Assembly (NCBI GenBank): GCA_963715985.1
Contig: CAVQSP010000011.1
Coordinates: forward strand, 128,001-192,000
DNA: 64,000 nucleotides
DNA from: an uncultured Thermoleophilia bacterium
GTDB lineage: Bacteria; Actinomycetota; Thermoleophilia; UBA2241
Reading direction: 5' to 3'
Under the pieces are notes generated by a model. It saw only the letters and a list, made by a program, of their open reading frames with translations. It had not been told where the DNA came from and did no database searches. Made by a program: the position numbers and the translations under genes. Each line of letters starts with the position of its first letter. The first letter of the stretch is position 1. This document shows, one piece after another, positions 51,459 to 61,715 of the stretch.

Positions 51459-51551
51459 GGAGAGGTGTCCGAGTTGGCTTAAGGAGCGCGACTGGAAATC
51501 GCGTGGGCGGGGTTACCTGCCTCGTGGGTTCGAATCCCACCCTCTCCGCCA
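51459..51551 (+). tRNA. tRNA-Ser(GGA)
   Basis: CGCGA-CT-GGA-AA-TCGCG anticodon arm, long variable arm, CCA. Confidence 0.97.
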
Positions 51552-51595
51552 TTTCCCCCTCCACGGGGGAGCCGGCGACCCTGAGACCCCCTCGC

Positions 51596-51690
<95 letters not shown>

Positions 51691-51999
51691 GCAGGGCTTC
51701 TTATGGCCAGTGCTGACATTTCTGACGCCCTCTCGGGGGCGTCTTCTGCTGGTTTGGGGCCGGTTTTGGGGCCATTTCATCGCGACTTCTGCAGCTCCTG
51801 GAGTGCTTGAGCGACGGGGCTGCTGCCGCCGTGAGGGTCGAGAGTCCGAGGTGACGGAGGCCGCGCTAGTGCGATGACGGGCTTAGGACGACCGCGCAGG
51901 AGCTCCCGAGACCCAAGACCAGGATGCGCCATATCGAGACGCTTCTAAGGCAATCCAAGGCCTGTATTCTGGAGGAAGGTGGCCTCCCGACACGCACCT

Positions 52000-52145
52000 T
52001 CCTGAGACTCCATGACCGCGGCCTTGCGCTTCGCCTTCCTAGCGCTGTACCTCGTCCGGTACGTCCGTCATGAACGCCACCTCCTCCGCACTCATGATGA
52101 GCACGTCGTCTTGGTGGCTTCAAGAATGAGGCAGCAGGATACACT
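52000..52145 (-). pseudogene. possible IS transposase N-terminal remnant (DUF1153-like)
   Basis: GGAGGAGG RBS; MTDVPDEVQR then (W)KAKRKAAVM after removing 1 nt. Confidence 0.35.
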
Positions 52146-52275
52146 TCAGCATGCCCGCCTCGGCCGGGCCGTTGGCGCACTTGTGGAAGCCGGTCGCTGG
52201 TTGAAGGCTCTGCACCGCACGAGCCCGGCGGATCAGACACTCGAGACCCACCGACATGAATCCAGTCAGGAGGAC

Positions 52276-53337
52276 CTAGGCAGGTAGACGGTCTTGCCCC
52301 TCCTCCAATGAGTCGGAGGGGAGGGCCGGCGCCTGTTCGGCAGGGGCTTCCCCATCAGGGGTACGCCTCCGCCGCAGCCACGAGACCAGGTCTTCCAGGG
52401 CGCCGACGAAACCCTGCGGCATTAGCTCGATTGACACCGCAATCATGATGCCGAGCACGATCATCCTGTACTCCTCGAGGGCGTTCAGGTACTGGTTCAC
52501 GAACGTGAACAACAGTGCGCCGACAACCGCCCCCGGATACCGAGCAAGTCCACCCACGAAGAGCATCACCATCAGCAGAATGAAGAAGTCGAGCCCAAGG
52601 GTCTTCTGAGATATGCCACCCACGTAGTGGACATAGAAGGCGCCCGCCAAGCCCGTGAAGAACGCGGAGAGTGCAAACACCATGAGCTTCACCGCGTTCT
52701 CATTCACGCCGAGGCTCTTGACCAGCGCGTCAGCATCTCGGAGGGCTGTCATAGCCAAGCCCAGCCGTGAGTCCATGATGCGGAAGTAGATCGCGTACAC
52801 ACTTATGGCAGCCAGGCCCAAGGCGGCGTAGAACCAGACAGTCGGATCCAACGGGCTGAAGTGGTAGTCCCCGATGCTGAGCCCCGGGACGCCAAAGAGG
52901 CCCGCGGAACCACCCGTGCCGATCCGGTCTCCAAAGAGAATGAACGTCGGCAGGAGCAAGACCAAGGCATACGTGACCAGCGCGACGTACGCTCCCCGAA
53001 TCCTGAGACACGGGAGTCCGATCGCTACGCCGACACCGGCGGCAATGGCCGCGCCCATCAGCATGGTCAGCCACGGCGACAGCCCGAGCTGCAGAGACAT
53101 CATTGCAGAGCCGTAGGCGCCAACGACGAAGAAGGCCACTTGGCCGAAACTGAAGATGCCGGCGTATCCCGTGATCAAGTCCCAGCCAGCCACCACAACG
53201 ATGTAGATGAACGCGAGCACGAACGTGCCCAGTGTGTAGGGGTCACGGGTGACGAGCGGCACAACCGCAAGCGCAGCGAGTCCGAGGATGCTGATGCCGC
53301 TTCGTGAACGCCATCCAGTCAGGAGACGCGATTTCAT
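52276..53337 (-). CDS. LivM-like ABC permease
   Basis: GYAGIFSFGQVAFF..GAY, LRIRGAY, GLAGAFY, GG...G. Confidence 0.9.
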   Translation of the reverse strand: MKSRLLTGWRSRSGISILGLAALAVVPLVTRDPYTLGTFVLAFIYIVVVAGWDLITGYAGIFSFGQVAFFVVGAYGSAMMSLQLGLSPWLTMLMGAAIAAGVGVAIGLPCLRIRGAYVALVTYALVLLLPTFILFGDRIGTGGSAGLFGVPGLSIGDYHFSPLDPTVWFYAALGLAAISVYAIYFRIMDSRLGLAMTALRDADALVKSLGVNENAVKLMVFALSAFFTGLAGAFYVHYVGGISQKTLGLDFFILLMVMLFVGGLARYPGAVVGALLFTFVNQYLNALEEYRMIVLGIMIAVSIELMPQGFVGALEDLVSWLRRRRTPDGEAPAEQAPALPSDSLEEGQDRLPA

Positions 53338-53379
53338 CCTTCCACTCCCACAGCTCCGCCAATCATCCGAAGCCTCACG

Positions 53380-54249
53380 TCAAGCCCATCTGCCAAGAAG
53401 CCCTTGCGGTCTCACAAGAAGCACGACGATGAGGGTGGCGAACCAAAAAGACATCGTGTAACTGGCCCCCAGCCTCCAGGTGATCAGCGCCTCACCGATT
53501 CCTAGGATGAAGGCTGCGAGTACCGCTCCCTTGACGCTCTCGAGCCCCCCCAGCACGACGATCACAAATGCCCTGAAGAAGGGGTCCCAGCCGCTGCTGG
53601 GTGAGATGAGGTAGACGGGGGCCAACAGGATGCCGGCAACTCCCGCAAGGACGGTCGAGATACCGAAGGCCAAGCCGAATATCCTGTTCAAGGGAATGCC
53701 GACGATCTGCGCCCCGATCATGTCCTGCGCGACCGCCCGCATTGCACGTCCCGACCAGGTCGAAGTCAGGTATGCCTCCAGAAGGACCATAGTGACGATT
53801 GCGCCGACCAGCATGGCCAGCGACTGATAGCCAATGACGAAACCGCCAACGCTGATCTGCCCAGTAAAGACCGGAGGCAGGGTCTTAACCAGGGGGCCGA
53901 AGACCAGCATAGCGAGGCTGTCGAGAGCCACGGCCAGCCCAAGGGTGACAATCATCGTCGTGATCTGCCATTGTGGGCGCCAGCGCAGCGGCCTTACGAG
54001 ACCACGCTCGAGCAGCATCCCTGCGACGAAAAGTACCGGCACGCTGAGGATGAACACGAGCGGGTACGGGAGTCCAAGCGCCCCGGCCGATAGCACCCAG
54101 GCGAGGTAGGCTCCCCACGTGAAGAACACGCCGTAGGAGAAGTTGAAGACGCGGGACACCCCGTAGACTAGCGCCAGCCCGATGGCGTTCACCGCGTACA
54201 CCGCCCCCAGGCCCACACCGCTGATGAGAACCTCAACTAGCTGACGCAC
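53380..54249 (-). CDS. LivH-like ABC permease
   Basis: GLALVYGVSRVFNFSYG, GRAMRAVAQD, VVLGG; GTG at 54249. Confidence 0.9.
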   Translation of the reverse strand: MRQLVEVLISGVGLGAVYAVNAIGLALVYGVSRVFNFSYGVFFTWGAYLAWVLSAGALGLPYPLVFILSVPVLFVAGMLLERGLVRPLRWRPQWQITTMIVTLGLAVALDSLAMLVFGPLVKTLPPVFTGQISVGGFVIGYQSLAMLVGAIVTMVLLEAYLTSTWSGRAMRAVAQDMIGAQIVGIPLNRIFGLAFGISTVLAGVAGILLAPVYLISPSSGWDPFFRAFVIVVLGGLESVKGAVLAAFILGIGEALITWRLGASYTMSFWFATLIVVLLVRPQGLLGRWA

Positions 54250-54286
54250 TCCGTCCCACCATCCTTCTTCAATGACGAAGGCACAT

Positions 54287-54991
54287 TCACGTTCCGAGGA
54301 GCGTGCTCCTGACCCGCTGGTCTTCCAAGGCGAGACAGGCGTCACAGGAGAGGACTATCTCGCCTTCTTCCAGCAGGTAGACGCGGCCCGCCACCTCACA
54401 AGTCTTGGCCACGTTCTGCTCGACAAGCAGGACACCGATGCCCTGGGCGTTGATTGAGGCCAGAGCCGCGAAGATCTGCGAGATCAGCTTGGGGGCCAGG
54501 CCAAGGGACGGCTCGTCCACCGCAAGGAACCGTGCATCAGACATGATGCTGCGCCCGAGCGCCAGCATTTGAGCCTCGCCCCCGGAAAGCGTCCGTGCCA
54601 ACTGCTTCTGGCGCTCTTCCAGCCTGGGGAACAGCTCGAAGACGAGCACGAGATTCGTCGAAACGTTCTTGCGCGCCTTTCGCGTGAAGGCGCCCAGACG
54701 CAGGTTGTCCAGAACGGTCATCTCCGAGAACAGATTCCGCTGCTCTGGGACGTACACGAGGCCCATCTCGACGATGCGCTGGACGGGGAGGTCAGTCACG
54801 TCCATGCCATCGAACAGGACTCGTCCAGCCTTGGCGCGTTGAAGGCCACAGACAGTGCGCAGGAGGGTGCTCTTGCCGTGACCGTTCGGGCCGAGCAATG
54901 CGACGAATTCACCTTGGCCGACCTCGAGATCCACCCCTCGGAGGACCCTGTAGTCGCCGTAGCGCTGCTCCACGTGCTGGACCTCAAGCAT
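54287..54991 (-). CDS. LivF-like ABC ATPase
   Basis: GPNGHGKST, LSGGE, DEPSLGLAP, VEQN. Confidence 0.92.
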   Translation of the reverse strand: MLEVQHVEQRYGDYRVLRGVDLEVGQGEFVALLGPNGHGKSTLLRTVCGLQRAKAGRVLFDGMDVTDLPVQRIVEMGLVYVPEQRNLFSEMTVLDNLRLGAFTRKARKNVSTNLVLVFELFPRLEERQKQLARTLSGGEAQMLALGRSIMSDARFLAVDEPSLGLAPKLISQIFAALASINAQGIGVLLVEQNVAKTCEVAGRVYLLEEGEIVLSCDACLALEDQRVRSTLLGT

Positions 54992-55739
54992 ATGCTTCCG
55001 TCCCCAAGTAGAGATCCACCACCTGCGGATCTGCCAAGACGCTCTCCGGAGGACCCTCGGTTATGGATTGGCCTTGCTCGAGAATCAGCAATCGATCCGA
55101 GAGCTCTGCTAGCCTCCTCACGTGGTGCTCGATGACCACGAAGGTGATCCCGAGCTGCAATCTCAAGCGAGTAATGAGACTCCCCAATCCGGCGGCTTCC
55201 GAGGGCGCGAGCCCCCCCATGGGCTCGTCCAGCAGGATGAGGGACGGCCCGGTCGACAGGGCTGCGGCTAGAGCCGTCAGCTTCTGTTCGTACAGATTGA
55301 GGTGTTGGGTGGCCACGCATCGCCGCGCGACAATCCCGACCAGATCCATCGCGTCCGCGACGACGTCCGCGGTCTTGCCCCCCCGGTCTCCCCTGCCGAA
55401 CAAGGCCCCGATCTCGACGTTCTCTTCCACCGTCTTGGACGCGCACAGTATGGTCACCTGGAATGTGCGCGCGAGCCCCTTCCTGCAGATCTGATGAGGC
55501 TTGAGGCCGGCGATACTCTCCTCGCGAAAGACGCGCCGGCCCTTGGCGGACAGCTGTCCGCCTATCGCATTGAAGAGGGTGGACTTGCCGGCCCCGTTGG
55601 GGCCGGCAATTCCGAACACCTCTCCCGGCCATACGCTGAAGCTCACGTCATTGAGAGCGACTATTTCGTTGAAGCGGCGGGTGACATGCTCAACGCGGAG
55701 CAGAGGATGCCCGTCCTTTCTGTCTGGAACGCTAGCCAC
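54984..55739 (-). CDS. LivG-like ABC ATPase
   Basis: GPNGAGKST, ARTFQ, LLDEP, IEH, YLG. Confidence 0.92.
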   Translation of the reverse strand: MASVPDRKDGHPLLRVEHVTRRFNEIVALNDVSFSVWPGEVFGIAGPNGAGKSTLFNAIGGQLSAKGRRVFREESIAGLKPHQICRKGLARTFQVTILCASKTVEENVEIGALFGRGDRGGKTADVVADAMDLVGIVARRCVATQHLNLYEQKLTALAAALSTGPSLILLDEPMGGLAPSEAAGLGSLITRLRLQLGITFVVIEHHVRRLAELSDRLLILEQGQSITEGPPESVLADPQVVDLYLGTEAYA

Positions 55740-55772
55740 CGGAGTCGTCTCTGACGAGTGCCAAACTGGGTC

Positions 55773-57041
55773 CTATTGCTTGATCCACGAGGTTTCAATC
55801 CAGGGCGGCATCTGAAACTCGCCAGCCTCTTCAGTGCCGAGGAAGATGAGGACGGGCTCGCCGTTCTGGATTTGGTAGAAGTGCATCGGCAGTGTGTCGT
55901 TCCCTTCAGGCACGTAGTTGCCTTCGACGAACGTGTATGTTCCGTTCACCCCCACGTAGTTAAGCGTCTTGATGGTGTCGCAGATTGCCTCGTAGTCGTC
56001 CGGATCGCCGACGGAATTGGCCGCCGCTGCCCACAACATCAGCCCGTCGTAGCAGGTACCCAATATGCTGAGGCCCGGCGGCTCGCCGTACTTGTCTTCA
56101 AAGCGCTGTACGAAGTCATCGTTCTCGGGAATCGGCAAGATGCTGTTAGTCGCGTCTCCGAGGGCTCCGATGCCTGCTTCACCCACGATGTCCGCAAACT
56201 CGGGAATGGACAGGCCGTAGCCGAGCTCAACGATCGATTGTGTGGGCTGCTGTCTAAACTGCTCCATGAAGGTCTTGAGATCCGGCGCTGCCATAACGCT
56301 CACGTTGATCACTGCTGGGTTGATGTCGCGAATCTTCGCAAGCACAGATCCCCATTCACGAGTCCCGTAGGGGAACTTCTGGAACAGCGCTACCTCCCAG
56401 CCTGCCGCCTTTGCGGCCTCCGCTATACCCTCCCCTACTCCGGTGTCCCATTCGAAGTCGGCAGCCAGAATCGCGATCTTGTTATTGGGGAAGTCGAGAC
56501 CGATGCGATTGACGATGAGGTCGAACGTGAGCTCTCCGTATGGTTTCTCCACGTCCCCGAGCATGAAGATGTTCTTGTAGCCGGCCTCCTTGACCATGTC
56601 GACTGTCAGCTGTGATCCATCGAAGTGCAGGTACGGTTGTGGGTACTTGCCGAAAGCCGGAATATCTGGTCCCATACCCCCGTAGCCCGTGACGTTGACG
56701 CTGACCCGATCCTTTCCGTTGAGTTTCTGAGCTGCTGCTACCAGGATCTCGGCCGATTCGTCTTTGATATCGTAGATGTCAAGCTCGAGCTGACGCCCGG
56801 CCACGCCGCCGGCCGCGTTGATGTCTGCTACCGCCATCTCCAGTCCCCGCTGCATGGTTTCGCCGTCGGCCGCATAGGGCCCGGTCAGCGGCAACGGAGC
56901 CCCGACGAGAATCGGCGTCGCGTTCTCTGATGACCCTTCAGACGACGCTGACTCCGTGCTGTCGGAGCCGCAGCCGCCGGCTACGAGCAGCGCTCCGAAA
57001 AGAGCTGCAAGAAGCACCGTGCCTGCCAATCGTAGTCTCAT
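55773..57041 (-). CDS. Liv-type ABC substrate-binding lipoprotein
   Basis: AGGC lipobox, VGAPLPLTGPYAADG, INAAGGVAGR. Confidence 0.9.
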   Translation of the reverse strand: MRLRLAGTVLLAALFGALLVAGGCGSDSTESASSEGSSENATPILVGAPLPLTGPYAADGETMQRGLEMAVADINAAGGVAGRQLELDIYDIKDESAEILVAAAQKLNGKDRVSVNVTGYGGMGPDIPAFGKYPQPYLHFDGSQLTVDMVKEAGYKNIFMLGDVEKPYGELTFDLIVNRIGLDFPNNKIAILAADFEWDTGVGEGIAEAAKAAGWEVALFQKFPYGTREWGSVLAKIRDINPAVINVSVMAAPDLKTFMEQFRQQPTQSIVELGYGLSIPEFADIVGEAGIGALGDATNSILPIPENDDFVQRFEDKYGEPPGLSILGTCYDGLMLWAAAANSVGDPDDYEAICDTIKTLNYVGVNGTYTFVEGNYVPEGNDTLPMHFYQIQNGEPVLIFLGTEEAGEFQMPPWIETSWIKQ

Positions 57042-57055
57042 AGCTACCCCCCCAG

Positions 57056-58465
57056 TCAGGCGAACCGTAGGCCGACCTTCTCGAGATTCTCCTTCCGGCG
57101 CTCCCAGAGCCGGACGTACTCATCGGTTGGCGCCAGCTCCGGCAACTCGTAGCAGTCCATGAAGCTCATGCCGAGCGGCGCCTGGCCGGCGGCGATGGGC
57201 TTCTCGTAGCGATTGAGAAGCTGCACCACCATGGCGTTGGCCTCTTCGAGGCCTATGCCTGCGGCCGCCTCGCTGATCTCGCGCAGAATCCGCGCCTCCA
57301 TGCCCGTCACGTGGTCGACTGTCTTCATCTTCGCGCCGCAGGCACCGTACAAGGCGGTCACGCCAGCAGCCGTCTGCGCGATGGCCTGAGCCGCAATCTC
57401 GTCGCAGATCATCTCGGTGCACGGCCCGGCCGCAGGGCCCACGTACATGTCCACCAGGACGGGGACGCCGGCGGCCCTCAGGGCGAGGATGCAGGTGGTC
57501 GCGAACCAGAGCGTCTGGCGATCGGTCGTGGTGCCGCTGTAGAGGCTCTGTGGGTACCAGACGAAGTTGGCCGGGTCGCAGACCACGAAACCGGCGATGG
57601 CTTCTGCCACTCCAGTGATCGCCGTGCCCTCGGCGCCACCGCTGTAGCCACCGAAAAGCGGACAGGAGCACGCCTCGACGATGTTCCCGAGGTACTTGTT
57701 GTGCATGACCTTGCTGATCAAGTCATAGTCCATCTTGAGTTCATTGAGGAAGACGACGAGGTGAGGGTCGCTGGGCCGCAGCCCGCCCGGAAAATCGCCG
57801 GCATCCTGCGCCTCACTTGTGACGCCGGACATGATGCCGACGATGCCGAGCCCCGGCTTGCCGGCGTCCTCCGCTGCCTGCCGAGTCCACAGCGCCTCCT
57901 TCTTGCAGGCGAGGATCTCGATGGGCGTGTGCGCCTTGGTGGGCACACCCAGGATGTCCTGCAGAGCGCCAGTGTGGAGACCATCGACCTCCTCCTGCGC
58001 GACGCTCGTCATGATCGGGAGGAAGTACTCCTCACTCTGCGGACAGCCATTCGGCCCCCCCTTGACCAGGGGCCGGCGAGCATCGCCGATATCTCTCGCC
58101 ACGGCCTCGACGGTTTCAGCACCGGCGCCGAAGAGGTGCGTTGAGGGGGCGCGCCTCAACGCGCTCTCGATCTCGTCACGGGTGATCGAGATGGTCGTTT
58201 CCGTGCTGATGTTGTAGAGGCCCACGCTGGCCAGTAGCTCCACGGCCGCCTCAAACACACGCTTGGCCATCTGCAGGTCCTGCAGGACGACCTCATCTGG
58301 GTCGAAGCGGATCTGGTACTCCTCTTTGAGCTCACGGAGTCTCGCCGGAAGGATCCTGCTGTCGAACTCCTTCTCCGGCACGCTCTTCCCGCCTGTTGAC
58401 CTCAGGTAGAAGTCGGCGACGTTGTCAATATGGTCGTACGAGGATTTCTCGACGTCGATAGCCAC
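57056..58465 (-). CDS. MtmB-family (monomethylamine-type) corrinoid methyltransferase, pyrrolysine-free
   Basis: GGPNG.P, AGKPGLG, LNELK, P.FGGY.GG, AGPCTEM, TGMEAR, F.DCY match MtmB as I recall it; no internal TAG; start placed at the GTG 8 nt after AGGAGG. Confidence 0.88.
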   Translation of the reverse strand: MAIDVEKSSYDHIDNVADFYLRSTGGKSVPEKEFDSRILPARLRELKEEYQIRFDPDEVVLQDLQMAKRVFEAAVELLASVGLYNISTETTISITRDEIESALRRAPSTHLFGAGAETVEAVARDIGDARRPLVKGGPNGCPQSEEYFLPIMTSVAQEEVDGLHTGALQDILGVPTKAHTPIEILACKKEALWTRQAAEDAGKPGLGIVGIMSGVTSEAQDAGDFPGGLRPSDPHLVVFLNELKMDYDLISKVMHNKYLGNIVEACSCPLFGGYSGGAEGTAITGVAEAIAGFVVCDPANFVWYPQSLYSGTTTDRQTLWFATTCILALRAAGVPVLVDMYVGPAAGPCTEMICDEIAAQAIAQTAAGVTALYGACGAKMKTVDHVTGMEARILREISEAAAGIGLEEANAMVVQLLNRYEKPIAAGQAPLGMSFMDCYELPELAPTDEYVRLWERRKENLEKVGLRFA

Positions 58466-58477
58466 GTTCACAGCCTC

Positions 58478-59149
58478 CTAAGCCTGGAGTGACGAGATGC
58501 CGCGCACTTCCAAGGCCATCGCCTCAGCGAGGCGAGCTGCACCCACCGCGTCCTCCGCCGTCCCGTCGGCCCCGATGTGCGCAGCCCACTCCGCCGTCAC
58601 GGGCGCGCCACCGACGATGACAGCGCAGTGTTCCCTGATGCCCGCCTTCGTCGCCTCATCGATGACATCGCTCATGCCCTGCATGGTGCTGGTCATGAGC
58701 GCCGAGATGCCGATGACATCGGCCTTGACCTCGACTGCCTTCTCGACGAACGCCTTCGCCGGTACATCGCGCCCCAGGTCGTGGACCTCGAAGCCGCTGA
58801 CCTCGAGAAACGAGGCCACGATGGTCTTGCCGATGTCGTGCACGTCGAACTGAATGGTCCCGAGCACGACCACGCCTTTGCGCGGTCTCTCACCCGAATC
58901 CGAGTTCTTCAACGCCGGCCCCACGACATCGACGGCCGCCTTCATAGCGTCCGCCGAGAGGATCATCTCCGGGAGGAAGAGCTCCATCCGTTCGAAGCGG
59001 TCGCCGACCTCCTTCATCCCCGGGGTCAACGCCTTGTCGACGATGTCTGCCGCCGTGATGCCGGCGTCCAGCGCCTCTCGGACAGCTTTGGCCAGGCCCT
59101 GTTCATCTCCATCGATGACGAGGCCGCGCATTCTCTCAAGATCATTCAC
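58478..59149 (-). CDS. methyltransferase cognate corrinoid protein (MtmC/MtbC-like)
   Basis: GM..VG..F...LPE cap domain; DVHDIGK, SALM, VGGAP B12-binding motifs; GTG at 59149. Confidence 0.93.
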   Translation of the reverse strand: MNDLERMRGLVIDGDEQGLAKAVREALDAGITAADIVDKALTPGMKEVGDRFERMELFLPEMILSADAMKAAVDVVGPALKNSDSGERPRKGVVVLGTIQFDVHDIGKTIVASFLEVSGFEVHDLGRDVPAKAFVEKAVEVKADVIGISALMTSTMQGMSDVIDEATKAGIREHCAVIVGGAPVTAEWAAHIGADGTAEDAVGAARLAEAMALEVRGISSLQA

Positions 59150-59363
59150 TCCCCCACCTCCGCTCTCGAGCTGCTCCACCGAGTGCGCCCCACGTGTCGT
59201 AGCGCATCCGTCCGTGAGCCGACCATAGGGACAGTGTCCGCATTGCACCACGACCCAGAGGATGCGGGTGAGCGGGGTATGTGGAGAGAATGACGAGTGT
59301 CGGCCGACGGTCAGGAGGGGGGTCATCGGCCGCCCGAGCGGCAGCCGTCTGGCGGGGGCGTCG

Positions 59364-61064
59364 CTAGCCGGTCGGCGGGGCGGTTCGACTCTTGGGAGAG
59401 ACGATCTGGTACACGACCTCGATCTCCAATGATTCATGACGGCGTCGATACAGCCTGTAGCCAACGAGCAATGCGAACGCGAAACCATAGAGACCGGCAA
59501 CGAGCAGCCACACGTGCATGGGATTGCCGCCGAGAGCGAGCCCGCTGTCCACGGCGAATCGCCAAGCCGAGAACGCGATGAAGGCGACGAACGCGCAGCC
59601 ACAGACGGTGATCAGGGGCACACGCAGAATCTCGTAGGGTGCCGCCGTTGAGTGACGGTACGTTTCTCGACGCGCATAGGGGAGGCAGGCCGCCAGCGCG
59701 CACGTGAGCGCAAAGGCCAACCCATTAAGCAGCGTCTCGGCCATGCTCAGCCGCCAGACATCTGTATAGCAGTACGCAGCAGTCGGCACGAGGCTGAGAA
59801 GGCCAAATGCCAGGACCGCGTGAAGGGGGATGCCGTCGTCACCCGACATCTGGCCGAACCAGCTCGGCAGGCTTCCGTGTCTGGACATCACCATGAGTAC
59901 GCGCGACGCAGCCAGCGGGATGTCGGGCACCCACATCCAGAACATAGCACCGAAGAACGCGAGGAGGCACAGCGCTGCGATACCCGCCGGCCACAGTTCG
60001 CCATCGAAGAACCAGAAGATTGGCAGCGTGGGCAGAGGGAGCGCTGCGGGATCAGTGAGGAACAGGTACGATCCGGCCGCAAGGACGGCGTCTCCAATCC
60101 GCGCTGTCATGAGCCAAACGACACCCGCGGACGCCAGCACGATGATGATCTCCGCACCTAACATCGTGAGTAGTTGGCTCCTGAGCCTCCCCGCATCCCG
60201 CATCTCTCCGACGTGATGGACGCTCCAGGCAGGGTAGATGAGCGGGAATGCAGCCACCGGCAGCAACGCCAGAACCTGACCTACGCCGTGGGGCCCGGCC
60301 ACGAGACGATGGCCATGCTCGCCCGCGGACCGCAGGACCGCAATCGATGTCTGCGAATCGATTATGCCTTTCGCTGGGGCCACGAGAATCATGGCAGAGA
60401 GAATCAACAGCGCAGCGCTGCCGACAGTCCAAAGAAGGCGCTGAAGTCGCACGTAGCTCTTCGGACTGCGGACATTCATGAGCAGCGCCCAAGCGATGAC
60501 GATCAGTGACAGCAGGAGCATCCCCGTGCCCGATTGCACCCAGACCCCAATCGCCTCGAGCCGGGAGGAGCCGACGAGCTGCCCCACGATGACGAACGCC
60601 GGTCCGACGACGACATTGCCGGCCAGCCAACAGGCGATGGCCATCCAGAACGCCCCACCGAATACGATGCACGCGAGGCCGACGACGGAGCCCAATGTGC
60701 TGGAGAACAGGCGGCTTTGGAAGTAGTAGTCACCGCCGCTGTGCGGCATCGAGGAAGCCAGGAACGCGTACACCGTCGCCTGGGCTCCGCAGAACAGCCC
60801 ACCGATGAGGCAAGCGACCGGGAAGCTCCCACCAGCATAGAAGGCGAATGCGGCCAGGAGAGGGATCACCAGCATGATCGCAGGGTTCATCGACATGACG
60901 TTGTACGCGAGGGCGTCGTAGGTTCCCCATGCGCGCAGGACCCGCGGAGCGCGATGGAACGCCACGACAGGCTTGCCAGCTTCGGTGCCGCTGGAGCCCC
61001 ATCTGGTGGCCTCGAACGTCGGCCCCGTTTCGTCTACGGACAGCGTCCCTGGTCTACGTGTCAT
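59364..61064 (-). CDS. APC-family amino acid/amine permease
   Basis: MPHSGGDY..SR, GEMR, SR......G.LP, many hydrophobic helices. Confidence 0.85.
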   Translation of the reverse strand: MTRRPGTLSVDETGPTFEATRWGSSGTEAGKPVVAFHRAPRVLRAWGTYDALAYNVMSMNPAIMLVIPLLAAFAFYAGGSFPVACLIGGLFCGAQATVYAFLASSMPHSGGDYYFQSRLFSSTLGSVVGLACIVFGGAFWMAIACWLAGNVVVGPAFVIVGQLVGSSRLEAIGVWVQSGTGMLLLSLIVIAWALLMNVRSPKSYVRLQRLLWTVGSAALLILSAMILVAPAKGIIDSQTSIAVLRSAGEHGHRLVAGPHGVGQVLALLPVAAFPLIYPAWSVHHVGEMRDAGRLRSQLLTMLGAEIIIVLASAGVVWLMTARIGDAVLAAGSYLFLTDPAALPLPTLPIFWFFDGELWPAGIAALCLLAFFGAMFWMWVPDIPLAASRVLMVMSRHGSLPSWFGQMSGDDGIPLHAVLAFGLLSLVPTAAYCYTDVWRLSMAETLLNGLAFALTCALAACLPYARRETYRHSTAAPYEILRVPLITVCGCAFVAFIAFSAWRFAVDSGLALGGNPMHVWLLVAGLYGFAFALLVGYRLYRRRHESLEIEVVYQIVSPKSRTAPPTG

Positions 61065-61695
61065 CAAGCAGACCCTTGCGCAGCGCCGTGGCTACGGCGT
61101 GTGCGCGATCTGAGACCTCGAGCTTGCGATAGACATTCTCTAGATGGTCCTTGACGGTCGCAATGCTCAGGAACATGAGTTGGGCGATCTGGCGATTGGA
61201 ATGCCCATCCGCAATTAGCCGAAGAATCTCGAGCTCTCGAGAGGTCAGCAGGGTCCTGTCTCGCTGGTGCTCGTCCTCCTTCAGAAACGCCTGGACGACC
61301 ACCTCGTCGAAGCGCTGACCTCCTCGAGCCACACTCCGGATTGCTGAGAGCAGTTCCTCCGGCAACGCACTCTTCAGAACGTAACCATCAGCTCCGCCAC
61401 GCACCGCGCCGAGAACGAGATCATCGTCGCCGTGAGCTGTCAGGACAATGACGTGCGGTGGAGCACGCATCGCTCGAATGTGTGACAGCACCTCGAGCCC
61501 GTTCATCCCCGGCATCTGCAGATCCAAGAGAACGAGATCTGGTGTAGACCGTGTGATCTCCTCCAAGGCATCGGGGCCGTTGCCAGCTGACCCAACCACC
61601 TCGACGTCGGCATAGCCACGGAGAAGCGCCACGAGCCCGTGTCGGACTACGTCGTGGTCTTCTACAACTAGCAGACGAACCACTGGCTCCGCCAT
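61054..61695 (-). CDS. NarL/LuxR response regulator
   Basis: VEDH, LLDLQMPGMNG, GYVLK, LTSRE...TVKDH..NVYRKL. Confidence 0.93.
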   Translation of the reverse strand: MAEPVVRLLVVEDHDVVRHGLVALLRGYADVEVVGSAGNGPDALEEITRSTPDLVLLDLQMPGMNGLEVLSHIRAMRAPPHVIVLTAHGDDDLVLGAVRGGADGYVLKSALPEELLSAIRSVARGGQRFDEVVVQAFLKEDEHQRDRTLLTSRELEILRLIADGHSNRQIAQLMFLSIATVKDHLENVYRKLEVSDRAHAVATALRKGLLDDT

Positions 61696-61715
61696 GCTTC
61701 GGCCTCCCCACGCCC

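Noticed and set aside
57056-58471. Pyrrolysine-containing methylamine methyltransferase
   Set aside because: No in-frame TAG inside the gene and no pyl genes in the window
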